Origin: Magallana gigas
Taxonomy: Eukaryota
Assembly: GCF_963853765.1 (NCBI RefSeq)
Contig: NC_088855.1
Coordinates: 22,878,001 to 22,942,000 of the forward strand
DNA length: 64,000 nt
Direction: 5' to 3'
Both the position numbers and the translations under genes were made by a program. How positions within the stretch are numbered: position 1 is the stretch's first letter; each line of letters begins with the position of its first letter. The notes below the pieces were generated by a model. It had not been told where the DNA came from, did no database searches, and saw only the letters and a program-made list of their open reading frames with translations. This document shows, one piece after another, positions 48,379 to 62,271 of the stretch.

Positions 48379-51062
48379 GGAATTCACTTTGTACATGATA
48401 TACATGTAACAGTGTATACATGTGCATGTGTATTAAGAATATAACTATACATATTTGATCAATGCAACACATCATTTAAAAAAAACAGAAGACAATAAAT
48501 ATTATTATACCTGTACATGTAAATAAGAACTGTGTGAAAATTTTAATCAGAAAAAATGATTATCAGGAAGTTAATTAACATCTATGTATTACAAGAACTT
48601 GTTCTCGTGCAAGGTACAGTGTAACTTGCTTATTATTCAAGATGTTGTGTAATCCAACATTTAGTGCAATCTTAACGTTTTTGTACCTTTATGATAACCC
48701 AAGAGTCCTAATTCTAGTATTTATTTTTTATCAATGTTGTTTGTGTTGGTTGTTTGTTATTCAGCCATATCGGATCAACCCAGATCAGTTTTGTAATATT
48801 TCTACTTTTTTATTTCCAATAATAATTATTGGGGTTTTTTTTGTTATGTCCTTTAAAGTTATTCTTTAATGGTACAAACTTGAACGTGTTCTGTCAAATG
48901 AGTGATGCTTTCTGGAGGAACTGTGCCATGGTGTTCTAACCAAAGTTCAAAAGTTTAGGATTTAAACATCTGGTTTATAGGTTGATCAATGGACATTGTA
49001 TCAGAATACAGTTGCAATTGATTGACTTTTTTTTTTGGCATCAGCAAAACTGTTTTTCCATGTATCTGCGTATATTTTTAAACTGGTTAAAGTGAGATGA
49101 AAATAATTTTAATGTTGTTACATGTATTATTCATAAATTCAGTACATGTATATATATGTATTAGGATATACGGTAAATTGAATCACAATTTTTTTTTGAA
49201 AACTAGCATTTAATTAATATCTACATGTATCTACACAGAAGTATATTTCTCCCCCATAAAAACTTTGATACAATGTTTACACTGTGCTGGTCACAGTCTA
49301 TTTTAATTTCAAATCTGAATCAGGTGCTTTATTATATCAGTCATTTTATTTTATATTTTTATTAAATAATTAGTGATATATATTAAGATAATGTTTATAT
49401 TGTCATTCAAATCAAATATAAGGATTTTTTGGAAAAAGCCATTTCTCTTGCGCTTTGCTTAGAGTTTATAAATCACTTAACTGCTCATGGTAGAATAATG
49501 TACTAACAGATTAAACTATTGCAGCATAATCACATACAGAATCTCTAAGCATTACTCAAAAATATCTTGCCAGAAAATCTTCATGTAATTTAATTTTCAT
49601 TGCCCTTTTTTTGATGCCATGAACATTTAGTACATATTTGACTGAAATATGTTTTGTGCTTAAAAAAATAACTGGTACATTGCTTCATTATCACCTACAC
49701 ATTTTTTTTTTGTTATTGTTGAGACATGTATTTTGCATTTATTAATTTCAATTTAATGAAATTCAAATTGAGTAACGGCCATAACTTACATGTTTGTAAA
49801 CCTTCTCCAGTTTGATTTGGTGAGCATTTAATTTCCCCTTCATGTGTCACCTATCACTATATGTTATACAGGTATTGCCATAGTGTAAAATTATCAGTTT
49901 TAAGTGTACATATATATACATGTTTATAGATAGTATATAAAGCAACATTTAATGATGTCCAGTCCTTGTTGAAATGTTCAGCAACTCTTATTATTTGCTT
50001 CAATCATGGATTCAACTTTTCGATTTAAAAATAAGTAGAAGTTCTTTGTGTTGCAATTTGGAAATAATCAAACATATTAACTCAGTGGTAATGTGGAGAA
50101 TTTTGGACTTTTATGTACATGTATGACCTTATTGTGAATGGACCAACTACATGTAATTTGCTGTTCAAAATTTTAACAAGAATCTCCATGATAAATTATC
50201 CATTTCAGTTCAACAGGGCAAACATGCCTTGCAAACTGTGCAAAACATCTATAGATTCTATGGTAAAATTTCCTTTTTGATTTCAATTTATTATGAAGTG
50301 CGACAAAAGGACATCATTCTAAAGGATGATAAAAACAATGAGAAATTTATGGGGCAGAGGATCAGAAAACCTTAATTATTTCAATAAAAAGCTCATGTAT
50401 GTAATCTGTTTGCATAGTATACTAGAGCTTGCAAAAGGAACATGTTAAATTGAAGGAAATTTTTTTTTTTTTTAAACTGACCACCATGTTTACATACAGT
50501 TTGGAATTCATCACTTGCTCATACATGTGCATTCCATATTATCACAATGTTTTATGTTATTTTCTTTCCTTTTGTGTGTGTGCAGCATTACATGTATTAT
50601 CCTGGATAAAATCATAAGCTTTTAAAACTGTTAATTTGATAATGCATATCATATTGTTTTGTGTTACACGTTTAATTCTTTTTATACATTTTCAAAATTT
50701 AATATGATTATGATGAAATTGATATTTTAAATAAATACATGTATATCATTGGAAATATAATCACGTATTCTTGCCTTGTGTTGTTTTTAATCGTAAGGTT
50801 TTTATGCATTTACATGTCACATGTAATATCAAATACATATACTATGACCATGACCCCCCCCCCCCCATTCCCCCAAAAATACATCTTCAAAGTAGTTTTG
50901 TCTAGCTTTAAACTTTTTTATGAACATGTATTTACATTAAGTAAAGAAAAACCTTAATTATCGTTTTTTTTAGTTAATTTCCTAGTACATTTGTACTAAC
51001 AAAAAATTCAGCTTTAATCTTAATTTGTTAAGGGTCCATTGTGAATTCAATAACGGTATTTT

Positions 51063-51063
<1 letters not shown>

Positions 51064-51098
<35 letters not shown>

Positions 51099-51690
51099 GA
51101 ACAATAGGTATGATAAAATCATAGTCATAATACAAACTATCTGAACAATGTACAATAATACTTGTAGATCCTGTATAAATAAAATCCATTTCCCCCCTGG
51201 ATATTCTTATGTTTATAATCATTAGTCCCTTTCCTAACAGGATGATTTTATAGTCATATCATATGTTGAGTATTGCAGTTCTCAAAAAGATCTTTAACAA
51301 TTGTTTATATGTGGTATATACCGTATTTGGAATATAAACCAACATCAAACTCTGAACCTTCTTGCGAGGCCGAAGTATTGTCCTGGGGCCAAAGTCTTTA
51401 AAACAATTATAAAGAATCATCTGGCTGATTAGTTTCTGAGAAGAAGATTTTTAAAGATTTACTCTATGTTCCTATGTTTAACTTCGACCCCCCCCCCTTG
51501 TGGCCCCACCCTACCCTTTGGGGTCATGATTTTCACAACTTTGAATCTACACTACCTGAGGATGCTTCCACACAAGTTTCAGCTTTCCTGGCTGATTAGT
51601 TTCTGAGAAGAAGATTTTTAAATATTTACTCTATGTGTTCCTATGTTAAACTTCAACCCCCCAATTGCTTTCAGCTCAGGTGAGCTAAAA
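51064..51690 (-). mobile_element. Short Cg170-carrying HINE element
   Basis: Ends AACAAGAGGCCCATGGGCCACATCGCTCACCTGAGG and TCAGCTCAGGTGAGCTAAAA match the 57002-59318 element; 1-2 satellite monomers. Confidence 0.85.
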
Positions 51691-52453
51691 AGGAAAGTCT
51701 TGCTGAATATGGTATTGTATGTAGTTTTCAGTGCAAAATTTTTTTCAAATTAAGTAAATGATGAACTAAATTCCGTACAACTATTACATATTTTAACAAA
51801 ATTTTATTGGGAATTTTTTTTTTTACAGCATATTGTATTTACCAGTACCTGGTACATGCCAAGATTGGCAATACTAGTACATCTAGATATTCTTTACATT
51901 AAAAAAATATTTTCCCTGATTAAAAAAAAAAAAAAAGAACTGCACCATAATTTTCTCTTGAGATTTTAACAATATATGAACCATATAAAATGGATCACAG
52001 ATACAATACATGTATTATAAACATTGTCACAGCAATAAAATTTCAGTAATTCTAGCACTGAGAAGACTGGTCTCCCAAGTTTGTACTTTCAACATTTGGA
52101 ATGTAACGATAACACAGCTTTCGATGACTTTTTACTTGGCACGACAACTGACTTGCCCTTCCACCTTGTCAAGAGTACATTTTGTTCACCTTCTGTTCAA
52201 TATTTGCCAGTTTTTATAACAAGGACACACATTTTGTAAGAATCAGAATCCACCCATCACTGATTTGATGACATCACTGCAAAAACATACATTAATCATC
52301 GTCTCAGCACCGTCTTTATACTCGTCCTCCTCATCATCTCACAATACCGGTAATAAACCTATCTCGTTCTATCATCTAAATCAATCCTCAGTTCATCCTC
52401 ATCACCTCAGTCATCCTCGTTCTCATCGCCTCATTCATCGTTGTTCTAATCAC

Positions 52454-55400
52454 TCAGTCATCTTCATCAGAACTTAAATCATCGTCATCCTCCCCATAGA
52501 AAGACTTGGGAGAACACAGCCAGTTCAGGAGAAGAATGAGAATAAACACTGTCAGACCATACAGAGCTGTGAACAGGTGGTTCGTCTTGTGGTGCAGGGA
52601 AAATCCTATGTACCTGGGTTTGAAAGAACATAAAAATAAACAGGCATGCTGAATTGCTTTGGGTTTTGTTTGGATTAAAGACATTAATATGACATGGCTT
52701 GTGAACATAAACATCTGTATACCAAATAAATGAAAAAGAGTTTCAAAATGCTCACACGTTTTACTATGCAAAAACTAAGTAAAGTTGGAATGGAAAGAGG
52801 CAAAATGATGCATGTACAGAATATGTTAATTTAAAGACATTCACATGAAGATGTGATTAAAATTACTATATTATGTATTGAGTGTTTAGGCCTACATAAA
52901 TTCTGAAAAGCATCCAATTTACATTACGTTAAAAATCAAACTGGATACATATATTTGCATGTATATACATGTACATTACAAAGCAATGCAAAGCAATGAA
53001 ATTTAGTTTCATTATGCTATATGATAAACATGTATTTCTTTTGCAAATGGTCAGTTGGAATGGAAAGAGGGACAAAGAAAATGTCAACAAACAGTAAAAT
53101 ATGTTTTTGTTTAGCAAAGGAATTGACAATGACCATCTGCTCTACATATGAAATAAGATTAATGGGTATTTAATACAGGCTCAATTTTATAAAAAAAGAA
53201 TAAACAAATAACCAACCCTAGACTACAGGTGACAATGACATCATTTACTCCATCGTTGTCGAAGTCTCCCACAGTGAGGGGGGCTGAAGGGGAGCAGGGG
53301 AGGGAGTGTTCAGCCAGGAGGTTCCCGTTGACCAGGTCCACCAACACAAACTCGGAGAAACCACTCAGGGCAGCCACATTCTGTACAGAGGTACATTACT
53401 ACATGTAGAATGTAACACAATCTTCAAGGAGCAAATTGTCTCCCTTGGCATCAAACAAAAAAATTATCATTTTATAAAAGACTGCGAATGCTAACACCTG
53501 TTTCCCGCCTACATTTTACATTAAAAAATATAACTGTCAGATATTCAAAAACAAAGTTATCTACTAAAAAAAGTATAATCAATTCCTTGTTGATTCCTAT
53601 TGAAATAAAATTTGTAGTCAAATAATTATTTTTTAAATTTTCTTTAATGAAATCAATCTTTATGAGTAAGGAAAATATTTTTTAGCGGCCGATATGTGCA
53701 TAAAAACACATGCTTATGTTAAATATTAAAGTAAATTTTCATTTCAATTCATATTCGTAATTAATTTTTGAAACATTACGATGCAAAATGCATTTTTTGG
53801 AATGTATTTGTCCCCCCCCAGTGAAACAACAAACCCTTTGTTTCACTGGGGATAAAGATATTTTATGAGATTATGAAATGACCTAATTTAACCCAAAATC
53901 CAAACTTCTCTCGCTTTGTTTGACCAAACATTTATATCTTATGAAAATATACACAAATGTTTACATTATTTAAAAAAAATAAATTTAACTACACAATTAT
54001 CAAAAAATGACTTTTTTGTTAGGCGGCTAGGCAAAGCTATCATTCGCAGTTCTTCGTTTTCATATGGGATTAAAACAATCTTCTACTCCTATTCACAGGA
54101 GGAGCAAATTGTCTCCCTTTAAAAAAAAGAAAAAGAAAATCATTTTACATTGGATCAGCAATAAATGTAATAGAGTGTGTGTACCTGTTGACCGTACACA
54201 GGTATAGACATCAACACACGACTGGGCCAGAACTCCTCCACAAATCTCTGGTAAGCCGCTGGATCAGCCTCTTTGTTCTTCTTTCTATCTATGGCTGCTC
54301 TTGCCCAATTAGCTGGAGTAGCTATCTACAAAGGTATAAATAACACTTTTGATATTACGGGGGAATCTCCATAACTTGAACTTCAGGGCACCATGATTAA
54401 ACTTTTGATATTAAATTGTACTACAATATAACCATATCCCCAAGAAAACAAATCCAAACCAAAATTCTAAATTGATTTTTCCACAAACTATATTGTACAA
54501 GAAATCACTTGGACTGTACTTATACACAACATACAAGTTGACAATGCTATTATCAGATTATATAAATTATACCAATTTGTGCTTCTGAATTTTTTGTCCA
54601 TCCTCCCTAATCCCTATTTATATTTTGATGGTATATTTAACTACAGTACCTGCCAATTAGCGTTTCCATCTCTGTTCCAAGACGACACTCGTCCTACCCC
54701 TCCGAAAGTGATGATGTCATGTTTGTGTGCAAACTTGGGAAGATGATGACCCATGAAATATCTTATCAGTCCTGTTTTCCTTGCAACACTGAAGAGGTCA
54801 AACAAATATACCAGTATTTCATAGAACTGAACTAGTCTTACATGTAAGTCCAATTTTTTCATATTCATGAAAAAAAAATTCTTATGTTCATCTTGAACAT
54901 GAAACTTTTATATTAATTTCTGTTCTTACACAAGCTTTACCTCTTAATAATGATTGGCGGGAGTTTCTTTAAGTTGTCTTCATCATAGGCCCAAGACGAC
55001 GTGAAAAATAAACGGGTAATCCGACAGATTGGCAGCTGCTCTATCCGCTCCTTCACAGGATTAATCCGCCAGATCTCGATGTAACAGGGACCGTAGTCAT
55101 CCTGCAGACCCCAGAGAACTTGTTCTATTTCTCCGTCAGAATCAATGTCAACGTACACCCCCCCATCTCCTGGCAGATGGAGCTCTGTGATTGGTTGACC
55201 GTTCAAAAGGTTCAGAACCTCTATACCATTGTGTGTGTGGATGACAACAGCGTTCGGATTTTCCACATGTTCATGGTTGCTGTGAGGTCTGTGTCCACCG
55301 TAGGCGTAGCCAATAATATGGTCTGGGGTCAGGGCCATTCCTGAGGAGGTGGAGGAGGAGGAAGATGAGTATTTTTCACCTCCTTCTTCAGTCTTCCTAA

Positions 55401-57000
55401 ATCTTCCTAGAGTCAGCTTCGTATCATCGAGATTTACCCAAAGATGAGGCTACAAAAGGGAATGTCATTTATTTTAGTTAAAAATTCAGATGAAATCAAT
55501 GTAGCAAAGCACAAGTCAATATAACTTTTGTGAAGAATCTTTTGTCATAATAGATTCTTAAAAGCTATGTATGTGTAGTTCCATTTTAGAATGCAGGGAT
55601 TATGACTATGTTTGTGGCATTTCCATCTAGAATTTTGTTGTGGTAAACTGGTAATTGTTTTGTCTTAACCGCGGTAATTCAATCTTAATCAAGGGAGACC
55701 TAGATCTAACAAACAATGAACCTTTTATGGCCGTTTCATCTTCAAATAAAAGTGTGGGTCTTAAGGATACAAGTTCATAAAAGCAAAATCTGAATTTGGC
55801 AACTCCCAAACATAAGTGAAGGACTCTTGATAGGAGGTAAAACATTTGAAGTTTTACTGGTACATTTTTATTAGTCATACATGTACTTACTGTGAACTCA
55901 CTGAATTCCTTTTTGTACATGGTCCAGGGGGCCTCTCCAACATGGAGTCTGTGTCTTTTTAAGGCCAACTTCCAATGATGGTCACCATGGATATCCTTAA
56001 AAGGAAAAACCACTGAAACTCTTATATACTAGTAATTGGGTTCAAAATGATAATTGACCTTTGCTAATCTGGACATGTTCAAAAGAAAATCTTTTATTTA
56101 ATGAGAGAGTGAAAAATCTTTCTTATAAGCTTAAGACCAGTAACAAACTTCACACTTTAGGAAAAATTTCATAAAACCAAAAAATAGATACATTTACATG
56201 TACGGTAATGAACAAACTTTGAAGAAGTTTGAAATTAATGTAAAAACTGGTATGAGTTTACTCAAAGTTTATTTGTACTTGAAATATACATTGTAATTTA
56301 AAACTGCCTTATTTAAAAGGCAATGCAAATAATGACTAAAAGAGGGCAGCAATCTTACTTATACTATCCTACATGCACTTTAATAACATACCTTGATGTT
56401 TGTGGCTATTTCTCCGAAGTCACCCGGTAAGTGGTGCCACCTACTCGTCCCATCCAGAGCACTGACCGCGAAGGAGCTGAAGTGGGTCAGCCTGTTATCA
56501 TCTGTCGAGTTTTCCTGCTTCTCCTCAGTCTTATTCACGCTACTGTAAAAATGTTTTTAGAATTTAGTACTACTCAGCTGAATGTCAAAGAGATAATAAT
56601 TCTACCTGTCATTAATTCAAATTCTCTAAATTAGATTAGATTGATCAGAAGAGTGCTGGATAAATGATATTGTATGCTAGAGTACACAGGTTCAAACCCC
56701 AGTAGAGGCAATTTCTGTCTTCTTTATAGGTATACATGTCTCTCAGTCCTTACTGTTTTATTGTGGTGGTGGTGTCTGGGGGAGTGTGGGCAAGGTGTGT
56801 GAAGCTTCCCCCGACAATGACCATGCCCTGGTCCTTCTTCTTGACGTTGTGGGGGGTAATCAGGATCCCCATTGCCTTCACTGTATACGTCTCCCTCACA
56901 TGACTGACGTCCATCAGTCTCTTGTGCCAAAGTAGCTCCAGGTTGTGATCGTAGCACAAGACTTGCCAGTCATCTGTCGCTACTACCACAATCTAAGGGG

Positions 57001-57036
<36 letters not shown>

Positions 57037-59132
57037 GAACAATAGGTATGATAAAATCAGCTTAATGGAGTCATAATACAAACTATCTGGACAATGTACA
57101 ATAATACATGTTGATCCTGTATAAATAAAATCCATTTTCCCCTGGATATTTTTATGTTTATAATCATAAGTCCCTTTTCTAACAGGACGATTTTATAGTC
57201 ATATCATATGTTGAGTATTGCAGTTCTCAAAAAGATCCTTAACAATTCTTTATATATGGGATATAAACGTACATAAACTCTGAACCTTCTTGTGAGGCCA
57301 AAGAATTGTCCTGGGGCCAAAGTCTTAACAATTATAAAGAATCATCTGGCTGATTAGTTTCTGAGAAGAAGATTTTTAAAGATTTACCATATATATTCCT
57401 TTGTTAAACTTTGACCCCCCATTGTGGCCCCATCCTACCCCTGGGGATCATGATTTTCACAACTATGAATTTATACTAACTGAGGATGCTTCCACACAAG
57501 TTTCAGCTTTCCTGGCTGATTAGTTTCTGAAAGGAAGATTTTTAAAGATTTACTTTATATATTCCTATGTTAAAATTCGACACCCCATTGTGGCCCCACC
57601 CTACCCCCGGGGGTCATGATTTTCACAACTTTGAATCTACACTACCTGAGGATGCTTCCACATAAGTTTCAGCTTTACTGGCTGATTAGGTTTTGAGAGG
57701 AAGATTTTTAAAGATTTACTCTATATATTCCTATGTAAAACTTCGATCCCCCATTGTGGCCCCACCCTGCCCCCGGGGGTCATGATTTTCACAACTTTGA
57801 ATCTACACTACCTGAGGATGCTTTCACACAGGTTTCAGCTTTCCTGGCTGATTAGTTTCTGAAAGGAAGATTTTTAAAGATTTACTCTATATATTCCTAT
57901 GTAAAACTTCGACCACCCATTGTGGCCCCACCCTACCCCCGGGGATCATGATTTTCACAACTTTGAATCTACACTACCTGAGGATGCTTTCACACAAGTT
58001 TCAGCTTTCCTGGCTGATTAGTTTCTGAAGGGAAGATTTTTAAAGATTTACTCTATATATTCCTATGTAAAACTTCGATCCCCCATTGTGGCCCCACCCT
58101 ACCCCCGGGGATCATGATTTTCACAACTTTGAATCTACACTTCCTAAGGATGCTTTCACACAAGTTTCAGCTTCCCTGGCTGATTAGTTTCTGAGAAGAA
58201 GATTTTTAAAGATTTACTCTATATATTCCTATGTAAAACTTCGACACCCCATTGTGGCCCCACCCTACCCCCGGGGGTCATGATTTTCACAACTTTGTAT
58301 GTACACTACCTGAGGATGCTTTCACACAAGTTTCAGTTTTCCTTGCTGATTAGTTTCTGAGAAGAAGATTTTTAAAGATTTACTCTATATATTCCTATGT
58401 TAAACTTCGACCCCCCATTGTGGCCCCACCCTACCCCCAGGGGGTCATGATTTTCACAAATTAGAATTTACACTACCTGAGGATGCTTCCACACAAGTTT
58501 CAGCTTTCCTGGTCTTATGGTTCATGAGAAGAAGATTTTTAAAGATTTACTCTGTATATTCCTATGTAAAACTTCGACCCCCCATTGTGGCCCCATCCTA
58601 CCCCCGGGGGTCATGATTTTCACAACTTTGAATCTACACTACCTAAGGATGCTTCCATACAAGTTTCAGCTTTACTGGTCTTATGGTTCATGAGAAGAAG
58701 ATTTTTAAAGATTTACTCTATATATTCCTATGTTAAATTTCGACCCTCCATTGTGGCCCCACCCTACCCCCGGGGGTCATGATTTTCACAAATTAGAATC
58801 TACACTACCTGAGGATGCTTCCACACAAGTTTCAGCTTTCCTGGTCTTATGGTTCATGAGAAGAAGATTTTCAAATATTTACTCTGTATATTCCTATATA
58901 AAACTTCGACCCCCCATTGTGGCCCTACCCTACCCCCGGGGGTCATGATTTTCACAAATTAGAATCTACACTACCTGGTGATGCTTCCACACAAGTTTCA
59001 GCTTTCCTGGTCTTATGGTTCATGAGAAGAAGATTTTTGAAAATTTCTCGAAAATTTTCATAAATTCCTAATTATCTCCCTTTGCAAAAGGGCGTGATCC
59101 TTAATTTTCACAAATTTAAATCCCCTTAGGCT

Positions 59133-59181
<49 letters not shown>

Positions 59182-61766
59182 GAAGATGTTGAAAATGTGA
59201 AAAGTTTACAGACAGACGGACAGACGGACAGACGGACAGACAGACAGACAGACAGACGGACGACAGACAAAATGTGATCAGAATAGCTCACTTGAGCTTT
59301 CAGCTCGGTGAGCTAAAAACCCAAACAATCTAATCAAAATTAGATCTTTGATCTGCTCCTAATAGATTGCTTCAAAAAGATCTTTAAGTAGTGATCTATT
59401 AGAAACAGATCAAAGATCTAATTTATTTCAATATTAGATTGAAAAATTAAGTTCTGTACTTCTCTTGTTAGAAAGATCATCTCTTTGAGTTTTAAAATCA
59501 TACAGTACTTAGTGAAATTGAAGCACAAGGTCACTGTCATAATGAATTTATTATACAGGTATCTTCATTGTGTAATAGGGGTTTCAACTACCCTGCTATT
59601 TCATTGCTGAACCTCCAAATTTAAATCAATGTTGATGAATAATAGGCCATGAATTTGATTTGTCTTTTTTTTGTACAGAATTCAAATTGTCAATCATTGA
59701 AAAAAAAATATATAGTACCCCTTTTACTTTGATTTACTTCGGCAAAGGGGGATTTTGGATGAAACATTTAAAAGCTGATGCTCTGACCTGTTTTCGTATT
59801 TGCATCATAGAACTGTAAGGAACAGTGAACCCTGTTTCCATAGCAACTGGTCGACTGATCTCGGACACATTTATTGGTAGGACAGCTCGCTGCTTCACAA
59901 CAACATGGGGAAGGGTGTCATCATCATCATCAGCTGCTCGCTCAGGAAGAGCCAGAACATTCAACCTATTTATACAAATACATATTCAATCTTTTATTTG
60001 TTAGATTTTGAAATGCAGTAGATTTATTCTAACACTTTTCAGTATGATATAATTGTATACTCCTATTTGAAAATCTTTTCATTGAGAAGGGGTTTTTATC
60101 TTTAATAATTTGAAAAACTGCATCAACTTGTAAAAGTCTGATTTAATCACAGTTTAGAATCAAAACACACTTTCAGTAACTTAGAACTCCATGTCATCAA
60201 ACTACCTCAAAAGCAATTTATAATCATGAAGTTGGTGCACCCTTAGCCAGACATACATTTTTGCACAATTTCTACAAATATATCTGTATAAAGACTTCCT
60301 TCATATAACTAGATGGAATGTTTATTCATAATATTAAGGACGTTGGATCCTGCGATCAAAAGTCTCTAAGTTTTTTTCTAAAGTATTTTTTAAATATCTA
60401 CACACATATCTAAACCAAAATTGAAAACAAAATGTTGGGGTCTATATGCTCCTTTCGGTGCTACGGTGTATTTAATATGACCTTTCTGCACTGAGAATGC
60501 AAATTGCACATAAATCGCTTTTACCTCTGTAGTTTTTTATCGAAATGAACCATGGTATCAAATACAAATTTACATTATCAAGAATTAATAAAATTAAAAT
60601 TATCATAATGAAAAAGTTTGCAATTTTTTCACCTTATTGGTATTTTGACCTTTTTGCACTGAAAAAATACTATTTTTATTCATAAACGATTGAACATGCA
60701 GTTAAATAATTTAAAAGTCTCAAACTTTCTCTCAAATTATGACAGACTTGTCAAAAGAAACTTAAATATTTAGAAAATAAAACCAAAAGTGTAAATTTTG
60801 AGATATGGCATGAAATTAGCTAATTTTAGGGGAAAATTGGAGTTGATTTTTTCTTTACTTTTATGAAATATCACTTAAACATGCCAATATATGTCGATAG
60901 AAATATTGAAATATTGTTAAAATATGTTCTTTGAAACAATACGAAGATATCCCAATGCATAAACTATCTGAAAATTTGGTCTGCACGGAAAATAAGAAAG
61001 CTAAAATTACGGTACTCTAAAACAACTGAGTTATGAAAAATGTTCATTTTCTTCTTAAAAACCTTCCGCCACAAAATATAGTCCCTTACTACACTCTCTA
61101 AATATGGAATTTTTTCTTCACTATTTTATTTAATAGAGTTTATTTGACATTGTAAAAAAAGAATTTACAAGTAGAATTCATATAAGACACAGAATTTCCA
61201 GACTAGAGGTTACACAAAATGGCTACCCAAAATCAAAGGATCGAACCTCTTTAAGCAAACAACCCTCTATATACAATACCTAAGTGTTAGTTTGCTTACT
61301 TGAAGTCATGAGTGATTAACAAAATTTCATTGGTTCCATCCCCATCGAGGTCAGTTATTATTGGTGGAGGAAGACGATCATCAAGTGTTGGGTACAGTCT
61401 GCAAAATCAAGTAAAAATACATCATCATATATTTATATTACATAAAGTGTAATTTGTCAACTACTGTCTAGATACAAAAAAACACCATAATTAAAGTATG
61501 AAAAAATGGCAAGTAGAAGAAGGAAAACATAACTGTGGATTTGTCAAATTGTTGATATGCAGGTATTTTTTTTAACTCCATTTCATCTATAGCATCTCAA
61601 ACACCTACTTGTTTTTATAATGATGAGGTTCGCTTCTCTTTCTCCATACTGGTTTCAGATCGTAAGAATCACTGGCTCGGAAAAGATAAGCAATGACACT
61701 GCATAACAATACAAATATGAAGTGATTGGTATTGATGGATTTAATCTTCTCCCAGAGGAAATCCAT
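52454..61766 (-). CDS. FG-GAP-repeat (beta-propeller) membrane protein resembling Arabidopsis NERD1, 680 aa, 11 exons
   Basis: Exons 61766-61609, 61398-61300, 59965-59788, 56992-56754, 56542-56392, 55995-55891, 55449-54941, 54788-54650, 54325-54185, 53380-53217, 52613-52454 (2043 nt). N-terminal hydrophobic segment; FG-GAP-like DLDGDGTNEIL, DIDSDGEIE and GDFDNDGVNDVIV; C-terminal TM LYGLTVFILILLLNWLC; acidic tail. Confidence 0.88.
57002..59318 (-). mobile_element. Cg_HINE-type Helentron-associated element carrying a Cg170/HindIII satellite array (10 monomers of ~166 bp) and (GACA/GGAC)n
   Basis: The monomer marker CCCATTGTGGCC recurs every ~166 bp from ~57420 to ~58915; microsatellite at 59208-59270; subTIR TCGGTGAGCTAAAAA at the right; GGCCCATGGGCC hairpin at the left. 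Confidence 0.92.
60338..61250. mobile_element. Kolobok-like non-autonomous element (~0.9 kb)
   Basis: TTAA at 60334-60337 and 61251-61254; imperfect TIRs GGACGTTGGATCCTGCGAT / ATCAAAGGATCGAACCTCT. Confidence 0.65.
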
Positions 61767-62271
61767 TGTATCAACTGTTATCTGTTTCTAAAATCTTCGC
61801 TGTGCCATGCGGTGGACAATCTGATATTCATGAATATATTTATATTAAATTTCTCACAACGTTAACCACATGTACGCATAGAAAATGTGAGCTGCTTGAC
61901 ACAAGGATGACAACCTCACGCCAAATGATAACTTGGCAGCAACGACATGTACCCTACTTTCGTTTTGTGACCGGCGATTTTCTTGAGTAATACCAGATTA
62001 ATTCGATTAGATTCTTAACTCTTGTAAAAACCTACAATTCGGAATGATATTATCAGTACAGAAGTGATGATTTTAGTATGATCTATAGATTATTTGTAGG
62101 TAATATATGAATATCTAAAAATATAAAATTAAGAGGGTTTTATGTTTAACATTTTACGAACGATTTAACAAACTTTCAAGATGACAGCTTTCAATACAAA
62201 ATAAGAAATAAAGAATTTAGAATTTTAAATAACTTAAAATAGTCAAATTATAGATATATAATTTGAGAGAG
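61767..62271. promoter_or_regulatory. Bidirectional promoter between the NERD1-like gene and NELFCD
   Basis: Only ~500 bp separate the two divergent start codons; locally CpG-enriched. Confidence 0.6.

Noticed and set aside
47297-48475. ORFs 47297-47512, 47822-48205, 48008-48238, 48260-48475
   Set aside because: Shadows of the large final exon of the CUB-LDLa gene.
58585-59291. ORFs 58585-58782, 58730-58948, 59058-59291 and 38078-38338
   Set aside because: Chance frames in satellite monomers and HINE microsatellites.
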